Shown here: piece by piece, positions 28,901 through 40,119 of the stretch
How positions within the stretch are numbered: the stretch's first letter is position 1
How the letters are laid out: each line of letters begins with the position of its first letter
The notes under the pieces: generated by a model
What the model was told of the DNA's origin: nothing
Database searches by the model: none
The model's input: only the letters and a program-made list of their open reading frames with translations
Assembly (NCBI GenBank): GCA_965215505.1
Contig: OZ244065.1
Location: forward strand, 3,680,001 to 3,744,000
DNA length: 64,000 nt
Origin: Capsulimonadaceae bacterium
GTDB taxonomy: Bacteria; Armatimonadota; Armatimonadia; Armatimonadales; Capsulimonadaceae
Direction of reading: 5' to 3'
Program-made: the position numbers and the translations under genes

Positions 28901-30575
28901 CGGCACGACGCTTTCCGACGCCGTGCGGCGCACCATTGACGTCCTGCCCGACGGCAAGCGGTTTGACACCGCCCTCAACGGGCAGCTGGACGGGCCGGTC
29001 GAGAAAACCGTCACCCTCCCCGCCGGGTCCGTTGAGGGCGCGAGTCGGCTGTTCGTCAAGCTCTACCCCGGCGCCTTCAGCCAGGTCGTCGAGGGGCTGG
29101 ACGGGATGCTGCAAATGCCTGGGGGCTGCTTCGAGCAGACCAGCTCGACCACCTACCCGGACGTGCTGGCCTTAGACTACATGAAGCAGACGAAAAAGAT
29201 CAACCCCGCCCTCCAGATGAAGGCCGAGGGCTACATCAATGTCGGCTACCAAAGGCTCGTGACCTTCGAGTGCAAGGGCGGCGGCTTCTCGTGGTTCGGC
29301 AATGAGCCGGCCCACCAGGTCTTGACCGCCTACGGCCTCTTGGAGTTCTCGGACATGGCCCGCGTCCACAGCGTGGACCCCGCCGTCATCGCCCGGACGC
29401 AGCACTGGCTGGCCGGGAAGCAGCGCGAGGACGGGAGCTGGAACGAAACCAGTGGAGGCATCGCGGAGGGCATCATCAACCGGCAGACCGGCGCGCTGCG
29501 GACGACGGCCTATGTCGCCTGGGCCTTGGCCGAGAGCGGCTATGACGGTCCCGAGCTTGCGCGCGGCGTGGGCTATGTCAGGGCGCACCGAGCCGAGGCG
29601 AAAGACCCCTACACGCTGGCCGTCCTGCTGAACCTGCTGGCCCGCACCGACGCAAGCGGCGAGGCGACTGCCGAGGTCGCCACCCGGCTCATCGGCTTGG
29701 CGAAGACGACCGACAAGGCCGCCTACTGGGCGGGCGAAGGCGAAACCTTCACCGGCGCGTCGGGCGCGGGGGCCGACGGCGAGACGACCGGCCTGGCCGC
29801 CTACGGCCTGCTCCGCTGGGGCCGGAATGCGGCCTTCGTGGGCAAAGTCCTGACGCGGCTCGTCGGGAGCAAGGACAGCGCGGGGACGTGGGGGACGACG
29901 CAGGCGACGGTCTGGTCCCTCAAGTCCCTCTTGTATGCCTCGCGCAGTGCATCGGGCGGCGGGAGCGGAACCCTGACCGTCCTCGCCGGGGGCCAGGTCG
30001 TCAAGACGATTGCCGTCACCGAGGCCGACAGCGACGTCATGCGGCAGATAGACCTGACGCCCTCCCTGCTGCCCGGCGCGAACACCGTCCGCCTGGAATG
30101 GGTCGGGACCGGGGCACCCCTGTATCAGATCGCCGCCCGCTGGTATCTGCCCTGGCCGCGCGAGGACGTGAGGCCCGCCGCCGAGACCGGCCCGCTGACC
30201 ATCGGAGTGGCTTATGACAAGACGACGCTGGCCTCCGACGACGTGGCGACCGTGACGGCGACGGTCAAGAACGTCACGGATAAAACGGCGGAGATGCCGC
30301 TGATTGACCTGGGCGTCCCGCCGGGCTTCACCGTCCAGCCCGAACAGTTAGAGGCCGCCGTGGCGTCGGGGGCCATCAGCAAGTACACGGTCGCCGCCCG
30401 CCAGATCATCGTCTACCTGGAAAAGCTGGCCCCCGGCCAGTCCGTGACACTGAACTACGGCCTGCGGGCGAAGTACCCGATCCACGCGCAGACGCCCGAG
30501 AGCAAGGCGTACCCGTACTACAACCCCGAGCGCGTCGCCGTCTCCGCCCCGCAGGCGATCACGGTGAGCCGGTGA
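25935..30575 (+). CDS. Alpha-2-macroglobulin family thioester protein with a pseudopilin-like insert
   Basis: [41 protein letters not shown] thioester (29127-29138), GGFSWFG, C-terminal YPYYNPE. Confidence 0.92.
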   Translation: MKHARALLCLAALCLLAACLALLAAPIDAQPAARFTVSPLETRVLGQNTWQRGGPAALRVIVLDHRTGRPVPAQVRLTLAGPKASAYPLWAGRTDAAGTVDAAFKAPRVRPGAYTLRVQVDAAVGEDVVTQPLTLAESVRTLLSSDKPVYQPGQTIYLRALALDTATRSPLAGQPLTFEVEDARGNKVFKRRVALSRYGIASADFDLADEVNQGDFTLRAVLASGQAEKTVRVERYVLPKFKASVTTDKPYYLPGETVHGTLDAHYFFGKPVADASVIVTISTLDIGVSRLGERAGKTDAGGKYTFDYTLPTSFVGQPFAQGKAVVEFAASVKDTADQTQAARASLPVVKEPIVLAIVPEHRGVVPGVENRVFLAAATPDGQPISGLYLFVHERATMTGASDFYQPTRLVTDALGLATFSFVPHFHDSTVVVEAQKSPDPLAFPRPTAHLDLEAAAPEEALILRADKPLARVGDTLTLAAVSSVKGGTLYLDVIRNGQTILTRAVDMPGGSASLTLPVTDDMVGTVALHAYKILPNEDIIKDTRTVIISPADGLTVRVAADKPEYKPGGDATLRFSVTSPSGAPVQAALGLAMVDESVFALSELQPGLERVYFTLEKELMEPRYEIHGLTPSSLMLDGRTDAPRQRAAALLLASAPATDGFDWRVNTYQVKLAKAQAAARVEMQKAAALVVAALVKYRNQEKTALTAQQSLTFLVTRGDLARAALIDPWGHWYNVNLHGSRDYGSYFTLNSAGPDGVWGTADDILDVPVYAQGGFPGGGGGGFPGAGGFGGGRFGGMAVPAPRMVAAAPMRAAGRATLPNGVARIFALQNNNSLSVEPAAPSAAPRVRSYFPETMYWNPSLLTDDAGHAAVRLPMADSITTWRLSMFAGGLAGQMGSATAPVRVFQDFFVDLDLPVALTQHDSVEVPVTVYNYLPTAQDVTLTLAPQPWFSLRGPPVQTLSVGPGEVKVVYYPITVVALGRFDFLVTARGTTLSDAVRRTIDVLPDGKRFDTALNGQLDGPVEKTVTLPAGSVEGASRLFVKLYPGAFSQVVEGLDGMLQMPGGCFEQTSSTTYPDVLALDYMKQTKKINPALQMKAEGYINVGYQRLVTFECKGGGFSWFGNEPAHQVLTAYGLLEFSDMARVHSVDPAVIARTQHWLAGKQREDGSWNETSGGIAEGIINRQTGALRTTAYVAWALAESGYDGPELARGVGYVRAHRAEAKDPYTLAVLLNLLARTDASGEATAEVATRLIGLAKTTDKAAYWAGEGETFTGASGAGADGETTGLAAYGLLRWGRNAAFVGKVLTRLVGSKDSAGTWGTTQATVWSLKSLLYASRSASGGGSGTLTVLAGGQVVKTIAVTEADSDVMRQIDLTPSLLPGANTVRLEWVGTGAPLYQIAARWYLPWPREDVRPAAETGPLTIGVAYDKTTLASDDVATVTATVKNVTDKTAEMPLIDLGVPPGFTVQPEQLEAAVASGAISKYTVAARQIIVYLEKLAPGQSVTLNYGLRAKYPIHAQTPESKAYPYYNPERVAVSAPQAITVSR

Positions 30576-30638
30576 CGCGGCAGGTGACACGGAAAGCCGT
30601 CCGCTTCGGGGCCTCGGAGAGCGCCGCTTCGGAGAGCG

Positions 30639-30756
30639 CCGGGGGTGTGGAAACCCCCGGCAGAGAGGCGTCCTTCGGACGAGGATTAGAAGAGGAACAG
30701 GGGCCTTCTCCCAGCCCGAAGGGCGATTCCCTGCCGGGGGTTTCCACACCCCCGGC
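30639..30756. repeat. REPIN-like inverted hairpin pair
   Basis: CCGGGGGTGTGGAAACCCCCGG and its reverse complement. Confidence 0.75.
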
Positions 30757-30846
30757 ATTGTCCGTTGGCGTTATCCGAACAAGGCCCGTCGGAACGGATC
30801 GCAACAGCCGCGAACCCTTTTGATGCCCCCCAACGTATCAGCCACT

Positions 30847-31716
30847 ATGGAAACCCGCAAACCTTCCGCCCCCACATCCGCGCCCGCGCAGGCCGCGCCC
30901 GGCCCCGTGCCCGGCTTCACCCGAGCCTTCACGCTGATCGAGCTGCTCGTCGTCATCGCCATCATCGCGATCCTCGCCGCGCTGCTCTTCCCCACCTTCG
31001 CCAAGGTGCGCGACAATGCCCGCCGGACCGCCTGTTCGTCCAACCTGCGGCAGATCAGCATGGCCCTGATGCAGTACGCCGACGACAACGGGGAACGCTA
31101 CCCGGTCGGCAACATCGTCGCCCCATGGGGCTACTGGGGGCGCGGCTGGGCGGGCGAGGTCTATCCCTATGTCAACAGCGCCGAAGCCTTCCGCTGCCCC
31201 GACGACGGCACATTGCGGCCTTCCGTCTCGTTCAGCTTCAACGGCAACCTGGACGGACACCAGCGCGGTGGGGTATTGTCCGCCTCCACGGCCCCGTCTT
31301 CCACCGTCCTCCTCAACGAGTGCCAGGGGGTGACGGCGGACGTGCGCGACCCGAACGAGGGCAATTCGGGCGCGGGGCACGGCAACGACGGCGGGGCGGG
31401 GTTTATTGACTACAGCGGCCCGGATGCCCACTGGGTCACCGGCCCGATGGGGCAGCCGGCCTGGCGGGACGGCCTGAACGGCGGCGGCTACGGCTACCAG
31501 TGGCAGGGCCTCCACGCGGGCGGCTCGAACTTCGCGATGGAGGACGGCCATGTGAAGTGGCTGCGCCCCGAGCGCGTCTCGCCCGGCTTCGAGGCGGCGG
31601 TCGTCAACGGCGACCAGAACATGAACGGCACCTTCGGCAGCGGCGGCGTCGCGGCGGGGACCGGCTTCATGGGCCAGTCCCCCAAGAACTTCACGGCGAC
31701 CTTCAGCCCGCTCTGA
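30847..31716 (+). CDS. Prepilin-type N-methylation protein, DUF1559 / H-X9-DG family
   Basis: [46 protein letters not shown]. Confidence 0.93.
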   Translation: METRKPSAPTSAPAQAAPGPVPGFTRAFTLIELLVVIAIIAILAALLFPTFAKVRDNARRTACSSNLRQISMALMQYADDNGERYPVGNIVAPWGYWGRGWAGEVYPYVNSAEAFRCPDDGTLRPSVSFSFNGNLDGHQRGGVLSASTAPSSTVLLNECQGVTADVRDPNEGNSGAGHGNDGGAGFIDYSGPDAHWVTGPMGQPAWRDGLNGGGYGYQWQGLHAGGSNFAMEDGHVKWLRPERVSPGFEAAVVNGDQNMNGTFGSGGVAAGTGFMGQSPKNFTATFSPL

Positions 31717-31729
31717 CCTTCGCCCGTAC

Positions 31730-32116
31730 TCAGGCCGCTCTCTGTTCCGAAAACGGCTCCACGGTCACGGCCCGCCCCGGACGCACGATGACCTGGACGC
31801 CCAGCGCGTCGGCGATCTTCTGCAAGGTCCCCAGTGACGGCATCCGTCCGCGCTCGATGCGCGAGAGCGTCTCCTGCGGGATACCGGCCCGCGCCCCGAT
31901 TTCGTGCTGCGTCAGCCCCAAACGTTCGCGCGCCTCGCAGAGCGCGAGGCCCAGCCGCAGCGCGGTCAAGTCCTCCTCGTACAGTTCGGCGAAGGCCGGG
32001 TCTTGCATCTTCCCCGCCAGCAGATCGGCGGCGCGCGGCGACCTCCCGACCTTCGCCCGCACCCGCGCGGCCTGGGCCTCCTCCGTTTCTTCTTTGCTCC
32101 CGGTAGTCATGTGCAT
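31730..32116 (-). CDS. XRE-family HTH protein (HigA-like, orphan)
   Basis: DPAFAELY..ARERLGLTQHEIG..QETLSRIERG.MPSLGTLQKIADALG. Confidence 0.85.
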   Translation of the reverse strand: MHMTTGSKEETEEAQAARVRAKVGRSPRAADLLAGKMQDPAFAELYEEDLTALRLGLALCEARERLGLTQHEIGARAGIPQETLSRIERGRMPSLGTLQKIADALGVQVIVRPGRAVTVEPFSEQRAA

Positions 32117-32203
32117 CACGATTCCAGTTCCCCGATCCTTTTCCTGGCTAAAGCCAGGTCGCGCGGCTTTGTCTTCTATCACATGTTGGGGAAAGAATTG
32201 CGG

Positions 32204-33571
32204 TCATGGGGCTGCAATCCACCCATCCAGGAGGATATCCAGGCCGCCGTCTAATAGTATACGGTCGGTTCGCTGGAAGTCAAAGAGTTCGCGCATGAGC
32301 GGGTCGTTAACCAAAGGCTCGTTGAAGGCCAGAACGGCTTCGTACAGGTATCGCAGATCGTCGGCTCTGATGGCGAAGCCTTGTTCCGTCTCTGAGAAAT
32401 CTCGGCCCCTTCCCCAGCGCACGTCTTTGAGGCCGTCTAGGTACTCCGCTTTCAGGAACACAGGGTCGATGTTTGCGACAAGCGCCGACCGAACCTGAAG
32501 ATCGGCTTCCGTGTCGCGGTAGTACGCCCCGAACTTTAGCATCTGGTACGTCCCCTTCTTCAAGTCGTCAGTGCGTCCTAATCCTGGCTTTGTCTTATTA
32601 GAGTCTATTTCGTCGCCCCATCCGTTGACGAGGTAGGTCAGGCGCTGGATACGTCCAATCCGCTGGGTCTTAGGGATGCTGTAGGCGTAATAAAGTTCAA
32701 GCCACGCCGACAGATAATCCAGAAAATTATCGGCCTCCGAGAAATAGGACACTGCTTCGGTAAAAGGCCAGTCAGGCCCTATTCCCGTGCCTAAAGGGAT
32801 CATCATCTCTCGGTGTGGTATGAACAGGTAGAGCGGGCGGCTATGGGTTTCGTGATCCACGAGGGAATGCTGCCTGTATTCCGTTCTCTCCCCATCATTC
32901 CCTTCCGTATACATCGGCCGCTCGAGTTCGGCGGCGATGGGGAAGGTGACCAGCGGCGACGCTTTGATTTCAAACAAGACCAGCACGTCGGACCGGAATG
33001 CGATTGCATCGGTGTCGTGAGACTGCTTCTGAATTGTCGCAACGGATAAGGGGTTGTCAAGAGCCGCGCCGAGCAGTTTCAGGATGAGAACACTCGTAAT
33101 GCCCGTGATCTCACCGATGTGGTGGCTGGATGGCTTGTGCTGGGCACCAGTCAGCCGTGACTCAAGCCCTTTGTCCAGACAGCATCGGGGACACTGCTTC
33201 AAAAAAGAGTAGTATTTCCGTGGCGAGGCTTGATCGCTCCGGCTACAATAGATCCAGCGGGCGTTGACAAGGCGGTCATGGAGATAAGCCATATTGCTGA
33301 TGAGGTCAAAGACCGCCGCGCAAACAAGATTGAAGCGGCGGTCCTCTGTGACGCTCCGCATCAAAAACAGGTCGCTGGTCCATTTCTCGCTCCCGAGGCT
33401 CCGGCGGTAGCTTTGCATAAGCGTGGCCACCAATCGCGCCGCTTCTTTTGCGTTGATGTACTGAGTCGCCGAGAGGCTGACGTCCATCAGGCGCTCCAGT
33501 TCTCGAATTTTGTCCCGCGCCTGCGAGTCATCAAAGTCCGGAAAGCCAAGCATTAAGCCGTGCAAATTCAT
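32204..33571 (-). CDS. Putative type II restriction endonuclease, PD-(D/E)xK
   Basis: Coupled to the C5 MTase gene; HDTD...FEIKASP; CPRCC cysteine cluster; AT-richer codons. Confidence 0.75.
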   Translation of the reverse strand: MNLHGLMLGFPDFDDSQARDKIRELERLMDVSLSATQYINAKEAARLVATLMQSYRRSLGSEKWTSDLFLMRSVTEDRRFNLVCAAVFDLISNMAYLHDRLVNARWIYCSRSDQASPRKYYSFLKQCPRCCLDKGLESRLTGAQHKPSSHHIGEITGITSVLILKLLGAALDNPLSVATIQKQSHDTDAIAFRSDVLVLFEIKASPLVTFPIAAELERPMYTEGNDGERTEYRQHSLVDHETHSRPLYLFIPHREMMIPLGTGIGPDWPFTEAVSYFSEADNFLDYLSAWLELYYAYSIPKTQRIGRIQRLTYLVNGWGDEIDSNKTKPGLGRTDDLKKGTYQMLKFGAYYRDTEADLQVRSALVANIDPVFLKAEYLDGLKDVRWGRGRDFSETEQGFAIRADDLRYLYEAVLAFNEPLVNDPLMRELFDFQRTDRILLDGGLDILLDGWIAAP

Positions 33572-34833
33572 CAAGCCGCCTCCAGCATAAGGTCCAGCGT
33601 CAGGGTTTCAGGGATGGAATAGGATATACAAACTGGAGGTGGCGGCGAGCCACCGGCTCGCAGTGTTTCGATGGAGTGCATGAACACCCAGCGAACAGCA
33701 GGAACGCAGACAGCGTCGCCAAAGCCGTGCATCTGCTCAGTCTCCCCGCCGACTAGTCGGAAGTCCGGGGCAGAACTTGGTAGGCATACACCTTGAAGCC
33801 GTGCCGCTTCCACGCCGAGGATACGGCGTACCCGCACCGCGCCCCCCTCAGTCTCCACGATGTACTGTGCGGAGGAGCCACCTTTCGGCGTTCGCAGGCA
33901 ACTCGCGAGGCTGTCAAAGCGCAGGTTGATGATCTGCTCCCGAACCCCCCTCCGGCGGAGGCGGCGCACGGCAGTCATGTGTCTGCGCTCCGGCGAACAC
34001 ATCAGGGTTTTCAGCTTCGGGCCGTGGTGTGTCTCCAAGTGGTGCCAGAAATACTCCATCTTAGTTTCATCCCACCAACGGGGGTCATCCGGTGGGAGCG
34101 TCTCTACGATGTCTTGGAGGCCGATATTGCGAACCGGAAGGGGCGGGAAGTCGAAAAACACCCAAGGCAAATGCGGATTCCGCTGATAGACTTCTCTCAC
34201 CTTGTAGCGACGGATGTGAGCCATCGGAATGTTTTGGGGGCGGGGGAACCGGTCACGGCCCAGAACAGCGATGATGAAGACCCGATTACGGGTCTGCGGC
34301 AGGAAGTGACTGGCGTCTACCTGTACTAGATCAAAGCAGTAGCCGAGGTCAGCGATGCGGTGCAACAACTGGTCAATGGATTTCCCCTCGTGTAGCGAGA
34401 GAAGACCCGGTACGTTTTCCAGAAACAGAAACTCAGGCGCATTATCAAGCCGGTGCAGATCAGCAATCCGGTCTAGAAAACCCCAAACGACGCCGCTCTC
34501 ATCCCCATTAATCCCTTCTCTGCCCCCTGCTTGACTCAGATCAATGCACGGGAAAGAGGCTGTGGCGACTTGAACAGGACCAACCCCAGAGACATCCAGC
34601 AAGCGAACATCTTCACCGCTGAGGGGTGTGTCGGGAAAGTTGGCGCGGTATGAAGCCGCCTTCTTCACGCTGTTGTCATTCGCCAGCACGACCCGCCAGC
34701 CGAGCGGACGCAGGGCCTCATGGATGAGGCCGATGCCGGAGAAAAACTCCACAACATTCAGCGGCTTCTTGTGGCGATACTGGCTAGCCGAGTCGAGGGT
34801 ATGGTAGCCTCCCGGCTGCGTCAAGGGACTCAT
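33571..34833 (-). CDS. dcm: DNA (cytosine-5)-methyltransferase
   Basis: FFSGIG (motif I), FPC (IV), ENV (VI), QTRNRVF (VIII), EAARLQG (IX), GDAV (X); TATAAT 6 nt before ATG. Confidence 0.93.
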   Translation of the reverse strand: MSPLTQPGGYHTLDSASQYRHKKPLNVVEFFSGIGLIHEALRPLGWRVVLANDNSVKKAASYRANFPDTPLSGEDVRLLDVSGVGPVQVATASFPCIDLSQAGGREGINGDESGVVWGFLDRIADLHRLDNAPEFLFLENVPGLLSLHEGKSIDQLLHRIADLGYCFDLVQVDASHFLPQTRNRVFIIAVLGRDRFPRPQNIPMAHIRRYKVREVYQRNPHLPWVFFDFPPLPVRNIGLQDIVETLPPDDPRWWDETKMEYFWHHLETHHGPKLKTLMCSPERRHMTAVRRLRRRGVREQIINLRFDSLASCLRTPKGGSSAQYIVETEGGAVRVRRILGVEAARLQGVCLPSSAPDFRLVGGETEQMHGFGDAVCVPAVRWVFMHSIETLRAGGSPPPPVCISYSIPETLTLDLMLEAA

Positions 34834-34916
34834 CGGCTGATTATACCGCAAGCGGCCACCCGCCGTCAGGTTTTGACCGCTGGCACAGCCAAAAACATGA
34901 CGTTGGGCCGATATGA

Positions 34917-34948
34917 GGGCGTCCCAGCCCTGAAGGGCTGGGACGCCC
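34917..34948. terminator. Perfect 14-bp hairpin immediately after mdlC
   Basis: GGGCGTCCCAGCCC-TGAA-GGGCTGGGACGCCC; no clear U-tract. Confidence 0.5.
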
Positions 34949-34949
34949 C

Positions 34950-36548
34950 TCACCCCAGCAGCGGCGGGACTTCGGGCGAGATCGCCACTTCCAGCACGGT
35001 CGGCCCCGCCGCGGCCATCCCCGACTGCAAAGCTTCCATCAAATCCCCCGGCTGCTCCACGCGGCGGGCGTCGCAGCCGTAGCCCTTTGCCAGCGTGACG
35101 ATGTCCAGACCCGGCAGGTCCAGGCCGGGGATGCCGGTCGTCTTCTCCTCCTCGGCGAACGACTTCAGGATGGCGTACTCGCGGTTGTCGGGCACGATAA
35201 CGAGTATCGGTAGCCGGTGCTGGGCGGCGGTGTAGAGCGCCTGGATGGAGTACTGGAAGGAGCCGTCGCCGATGACCGCGACCACGGGCCGGTTCCGGCC
35301 CGTTTGCCGCTCGGCCAGGGCGATACCGACCGAAGCGGGCAGGCCGAAGCCCAGCCCGCCGCTCGCCATGCTGTAATAGGAATTGGGCTTTGTCGCGGGC
35401 AGACGCATGTGCATCGGCTTCATGTTGGAGGGGGACTCCTGCACCAGAACCGCACCCTCGGGCCTGGCCCCGGCCAGGGCGTGGAACAGGAAGTCGGCGG
35501 TCATCGGGGTCGTCTGCTCGGGGGCTGACTGGGCCGGGCGCGGGGTCGGCAGGGGCCGGTCCGAGGCCGTGACCGCGTCGGCCAGCATCGCGCAGGCCAG
35601 GGCAGCGTCGCCCAAAATGGCGTCGCCGACCGGAGCGCGGGCGGCCTCGTTCGGGTCGTCGGTGAAATGGATCAGCCGCGTCCCGCTGGGCAGGAACTCG
35701 CCCGGCACATAGGGGTAGTAGCGGAACACGGGGGCACCGACGACCAGGACGACGTCATGGCCCTTCAGCTTCTCCCCCAGCGGCCCGATGGCGAAGGGCA
35801 GGGTGCCCATGAACTGCGGGTGGTCCTCGGGGAACCCGGCCCGTTCGGCGGCGGGCGGCGAGTAGACCGGCGCGCGCAGCTTCTCGGCCAGCGTGACTGC
35901 CGCCTCCCAGCCGCCGCTGCGGTCCACGCCCGGCCCGAAGACGAGGGCCGGGTTCCGAGCGCCCGACAGCAGGGCGGCGGCGTCTTTCAAGGCGTCCGGG
36001 TCGGGCGCGGTCCGGCGGCTGACCGTGCGGACGGCGGTTTCTCGCTCAATGGGCTTCTCCCAGTCGTCCATCGGCAGCGACAAAAAGACCGGCCCCATCG
36101 GCGGCTGGAGGGCGGCGGCATACGCGCGCATCAGCGCGCCGGGCGCGTCCTCGGCGCGGGCCGTCTCGTAGCTCCACTTGACATACGGCTTCGGCAGCTC
36201 GGTCGCGTCGATGTTCGTCAGCCACGGCTCCAGCAGCAGCATCTCGCGCGTCTGCTGGCCCGCCGTGACGATCAAAGGCGTCTTGTTGTGCCACGCCCCG
36301 ATCAAGGCCCCCATGGCGTTGCCGACGCCCGGCGCGGTGTGCAGGTTGACGAGGGCGGGCCGGCCCGTCGCCTGCGCGTAGCCGTCGGCCATCGCCAAAA
36401 CGCTGGCTTCCTGCAAGCCCAGCACATAGGTGAAGTCGGCGGGGAAGTCCTGGAGGAACGTCTCCTCGGTCGAGCCGGGGTTGCCGAAGATGGTGGTCAG
36501 GCCCAGGGCGCGCAGCAGCCGGTAGGTTTCGTCGCGGACGGTGGTCAT
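34950..36548 (-). CDS. mdlC: Benzoylformate decarboxylase (TPP-dependent)
   Basis: IFGNPGSTE, LQEASV, NLHTAPGVGNAMG, GGLGFGLP, GDGS...N TPP motif. Confidence 0.9.
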   Translation of the reverse strand: MTTVRDETYRLLRALGLTTIFGNPGSTEETFLQDFPADFTYVLGLQEASVLAMADGYAQATGRPALVNLHTAPGVGNAMGALIGAWHNKTPLIVTAGQQTREMLLLEPWLTNIDATELPKPYVKWSYETARAEDAPGALMRAYAAALQPPMGPVFLSLPMDDWEKPIERETAVRTVSRRTAPDPDALKDAAALLSGARNPALVFGPGVDRSGGWEAAVTLAEKLRAPVYSPPAAERAGFPEDHPQFMGTLPFAIGPLGEKLKGHDVVLVVGAPVFRYYPYVPGEFLPSGTRLIHFTDDPNEAARAPVGDAILGDAALACAMLADAVTASDRPLPTPRPAQSAPEQTTPMTADFLFHALAGARPEGAVLVQESPSNMKPMHMRLPATKPNSYYSMASGGLGFGLPASVGIALAERQTGRNRPVVAVIGDGSFQYSIQALYTAAQHRLPILVIVPDNREYAILKSFAEEEKTTGIPGLDLPGLDIVTLAKGYGCDARRVEQPGDLMEALQSGMAAAGPTVLEVAISPEVPPLLG

Positions 36549-36825
36549 GGTGCTTGTCCTTCGTCGTCAGGGTAGTGCCGAAATGCTCTCGGGCGGCGAA
36601 GGCCGCCCCGCTGCCGTTGTACCCAGATTTCGCGACGAGGGATGAGACGCACGACCTTCGGCCCACATTCCCGCCCGCCCCGTGTAGGGGCGCGATTCAT
36701 CGCGCCCTCCTTTTTGTCCTGTCCCTGGCCGCGCCCGCAGTGGAGGTGGAGGGAAAGGAGGCGAGGGGAAAGAGGGAAGGCGCGGCAGGCAGGACAATCC
36801 CTCGGGGCCGTTGAACAGCCTTCCC

Positions 36826-38537
36826 ATGAACAGCCTCTACTACGGAGACAACCTGGAAGTCCTGCGGAAATACATCAAGGACGAAACGGTAGACCTCGTT
36901 TACATCGATCCCCTTTCAACTCCAAGCGCAACTACAATCAGATCTACAACAACGTCGGGACGGAGGACCGGGCGCAGGCGCAGGCGTTCGTGGACACCTG
37001 GACCTGGGACGACCACGCCGTCGAGGGTTTCTCGCAAATCCTTTCCAATGACGGGGCGCGGCTCACGGCACAGACGATTGAACTCATCAAGGGCCTGCAC
37101 GCCGTCCTGGGCAAAGGGAGCCTGCTGGCCTATCTCGTGAGTATGACTCTGTGCATCGCAGAGATTCACCGCGTCCTGAAGCCCACCGGCTCCTTCTATC
37201 TGCACTGCGACCCGACGGCGAGCCATTACCTAAAACTCGTGCTGGACACGGTGTTTGTCACGCAGGGTGGGGATTACCGGAATGAGATCGTTTGGAAGCG
37301 CGCCGACGCCCACAATGACGCCAAGCGGCAATTCGGCTACATCAGCGACCGCGTTTTCTTCTACACGAAGGGAAGCGCCTACACCTTCCACAAGCAGCAC
37401 GACGGCTTTCAAGCGAAGACCTTGGAAGACTGGTATCAGTACGTCGAGCTGCCCGACGGCACCACGCGCCGCATGAGCAGGTCGGAAAAAGACACGCAGG
37501 TCGTCCCGGAAGGCGCGCGGCGCTTCAACACGGATAACCTACGCAGCCCCAACCCGCGCCCGAATCTGACCTATGACTACAAAGGCTTCAAGCCGCATCA
37601 TAACGGCTGGGCCGTCTCGCGCGAAAAGATGGAAGAGTTGGACGCGCAGGGGCTTCTGCTGTTTCCCGCGACTCCCGGCGGGCGCATCATGCGGAAGAAG
37701 TACCTGGACGAGAGTTCGGGGGCGGTCGCGGGCGATGTGTGGGGGGACATCAGCCAACTGCGCGGCGCGACGGCGGAAAAGCTGGGCTACCCGACGCAGA
37801 AGCCGGAGGCGCTCCTGGAGCGCATCATCCGCGCCAGCACCAACGAGGGGGACACCGTGCTGGACGCCTACTGCGGCTGCGGGACCACCATCGCCGTCGC
37901 CCAGAAATTGGGCCGCCCCTGGATCGGCATGGACATCACCTACCAGTCCATTTCGGTCATCCTCCGACGCCTGGAAGCGCAGTTCGGGAAGGCCGCTTTG
38001 GAGAGCGTCACCCTCAGCGGCATCCCGCGCGACATGGCCTCCGCCGTCGCCCTCGCCAACAAGAAGGACGACCGGGTCCGCAAAGAGTTCGAGAAGTGGG
38101 CCATCCTGACCTACAGCAACAACCGCGCCATCATCAACCAGAAGAAGGGCGCGGACGCCGGGGTGGACGGGGTGGCCTACTTCCAGACGGGGTACGAGGA
38201 CAACGCCAAGATCATCTTCCAGGTCAAGTCGGGCGGCGTCGGGCGCGGCGACATCGCCAAGCTGCACGGCGACATGCGGCGCGAAGGCGCGGCCCTGGCG
38301 GTCTTCCTCACCTTGGAGCAGCCCACCGCCCCCATGAAGGCGGAAGCCAAAGGCGTCGGCACCTACTATCACGACCTGATGGGCCGCAACTACGACAAAA
38401 TCCAGATCGTGACCGTCCAGGAGATCGTCGAGCGGGGGGAGCGCCTGGAGATCCCCATGAGCCTGGAAGTCCTGAAAAAAGCGCAGGCGGTCACGCCGCA
38501 GGAGGAGCACCCGCAGCTTTTTTCCGCTGAAGGCTGA
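36826..38537 (+). pseudogene. N6/N4 DNA methyltransferase fused to an Mrr-like nuclease domain; frameshift inside the DPPF motif
   Basis: LYYGDNL..YIDP|PFNSKRNYN split by a missing C at 36910-36913; YPTQKP, DAYCGCGTT; C-terminal DAGVDG..QVKSG. Confidence 0.85.
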
Positions 38538-38927
38538 TGCTGTCTGCTTTGAGTTAGAGTTCTACCTTCTTCTTGAGGGAGGATGAAGCAAGTGAGCCTA
38601 ATGCGCTCCCGATCTTCCGAGGGAGCCACCAAACCTCTACGTTAGAGTGATCGCGGCAGCGTTTTTTCAGGCTACTGTAAACCTCAATACGCTCCGCAAT
38701 ACTATATTGGGGGCTTTTGATTATCTCTTCGCAAGCATCTTCCATGATCGACGTTCCGATGTCCTTGATGGATCGGATGTGGTTTTCCAACAACTCTTGT
38801 AGTGGGACAACGGCTAGGATGTTTCTACTGTGTCCTAGCCCGAACACAGCCGCCTCTGCTGTGTCCGTGTCACCACCCTTTGCTGCCTCGATTAGCAACA
38901 GCACCCCATCATCGCCCATCTCCGCTA

Positions 38928-40119
38928 GTAGCCTAACCTGGTAGAATGGATGAGTCTGAGGAGGCTTATCCGATGTCCGCGAAGAAATATCATGTGTCTC
39001 TGGCCGAGGCCGAGCGCGCCGAGCTTCTGCGCCTGAGCAAGTCCCAGCGCCACTCCGAGCGCGAGCGCAAACGCGCCCGCATCCTGTTGCTGGCCGACGA
39101 AGCCAAAGAAGGCGGCGCGGACAAAGATGCCGCCATCGCCCAGCAGGTCAAGGTCGCCCCGCTCACCGTCACCCGCGTCCGTCAACGCTTCTCCGAGCGC
39201 GGCCTGCACAAAGGTCTGGCCCATAAAGAACAAGAAACGCGCAAAGCCCGCGTCCTCGACGGAGAAGCCGAAGCCTTTCTGGTCGCCACCACATGCAGTA
39301 CGCCGCCCGAGGGCCACAAGCGCTGGAGCCTGCGCCTGCTGAGGGACGCGCTCATCGAGCAGCAGATCGTGGACGCCATCGGCAAAGAGACCGTGCGCCA
39401 GGCGCTAAAAAAAATGAACTCAAGCCGTGGCTAAAGAAATGCTGGTGCATCCCGCCCGAGCAGAATGCCGAGTTCGTCTTCCGCATGGAAGATGTGCTCT
39501 CGGTCTACCAGAGGCCGCAGGACGAGAAGCGTCCCCTGGTCTGTCTGGACGAGGCCAGCAAGCAGCTCTTGTCTGACGCGCGGCCTGCGCTCCCGATGAC
39601 GGCGGGGCAGCCCGCCCGCCAGGACAGCGAATATGTGCGGAACGGGACGGCCAGTTTGTTCATGGTCTCTGAGCCGCTGGCGGGCAAGCGGCACGTCCAT
39701 GTGACCGCCCAGCGCACCTGCCAGGACTTCGCCCGCGTCATCCTGCATCTGGTGGATGTGCTGCATCCTGACGCGGAGAAGATCGTTCTGGTCATGGACA
39801 ACCTGAACACGCATACGCCCGCCAGCTTATACCGCGCCTTTCTGCCTGCGGAGGCCAAGCGGCTGGCCGACAGACTTGAGGTGCATTACACGCCCAAGCA
39901 CGGCTCGTGGCTGAACATGGCCGAGATCGAGTTGTCCGTCTTGGCGCGGCAGTGTTTGTCTGAGCGCTTGGGCGACCAAGAGAACCTGCAAAGGCAAGTG
40001 GCGGCTTGGCAAGGTAGGCGCAACGCGAGTGCCGCCAAGATTGACTGGCGGTTCACGACGGAAGACGCCCGCATCAAACTGAAGCGGCTCTACCCCACTA
40101 TCCTACCAGGTTAGACTAC
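38928..40119 (+). mobile_element. IS630-family insertion sequence, about 1.19 kb, inserted at CTAG with TA duplication
   Basis: Ends CTAGTAGCCTAACCTGGTAG / CTACCAGGTTAGACTACTAG form an inverted repeat with one mismatch. Confidence 0.93.
38973..40114 (+). CDS. IS630 transposase, two ORFs joined by a -1 frameshift at A8 (39407-39414)
   Basis: HTH ORF followed by a DDE ORF: LDE, MDNLNTH, WLNMAEIE. Confidence 0.92.

Noticed and set aside
39407-39414. A8 frameshift in the transposase as an error or pseudogene
   Set aside because: Position and sequence fit the programmed slippage common in IS630 elements
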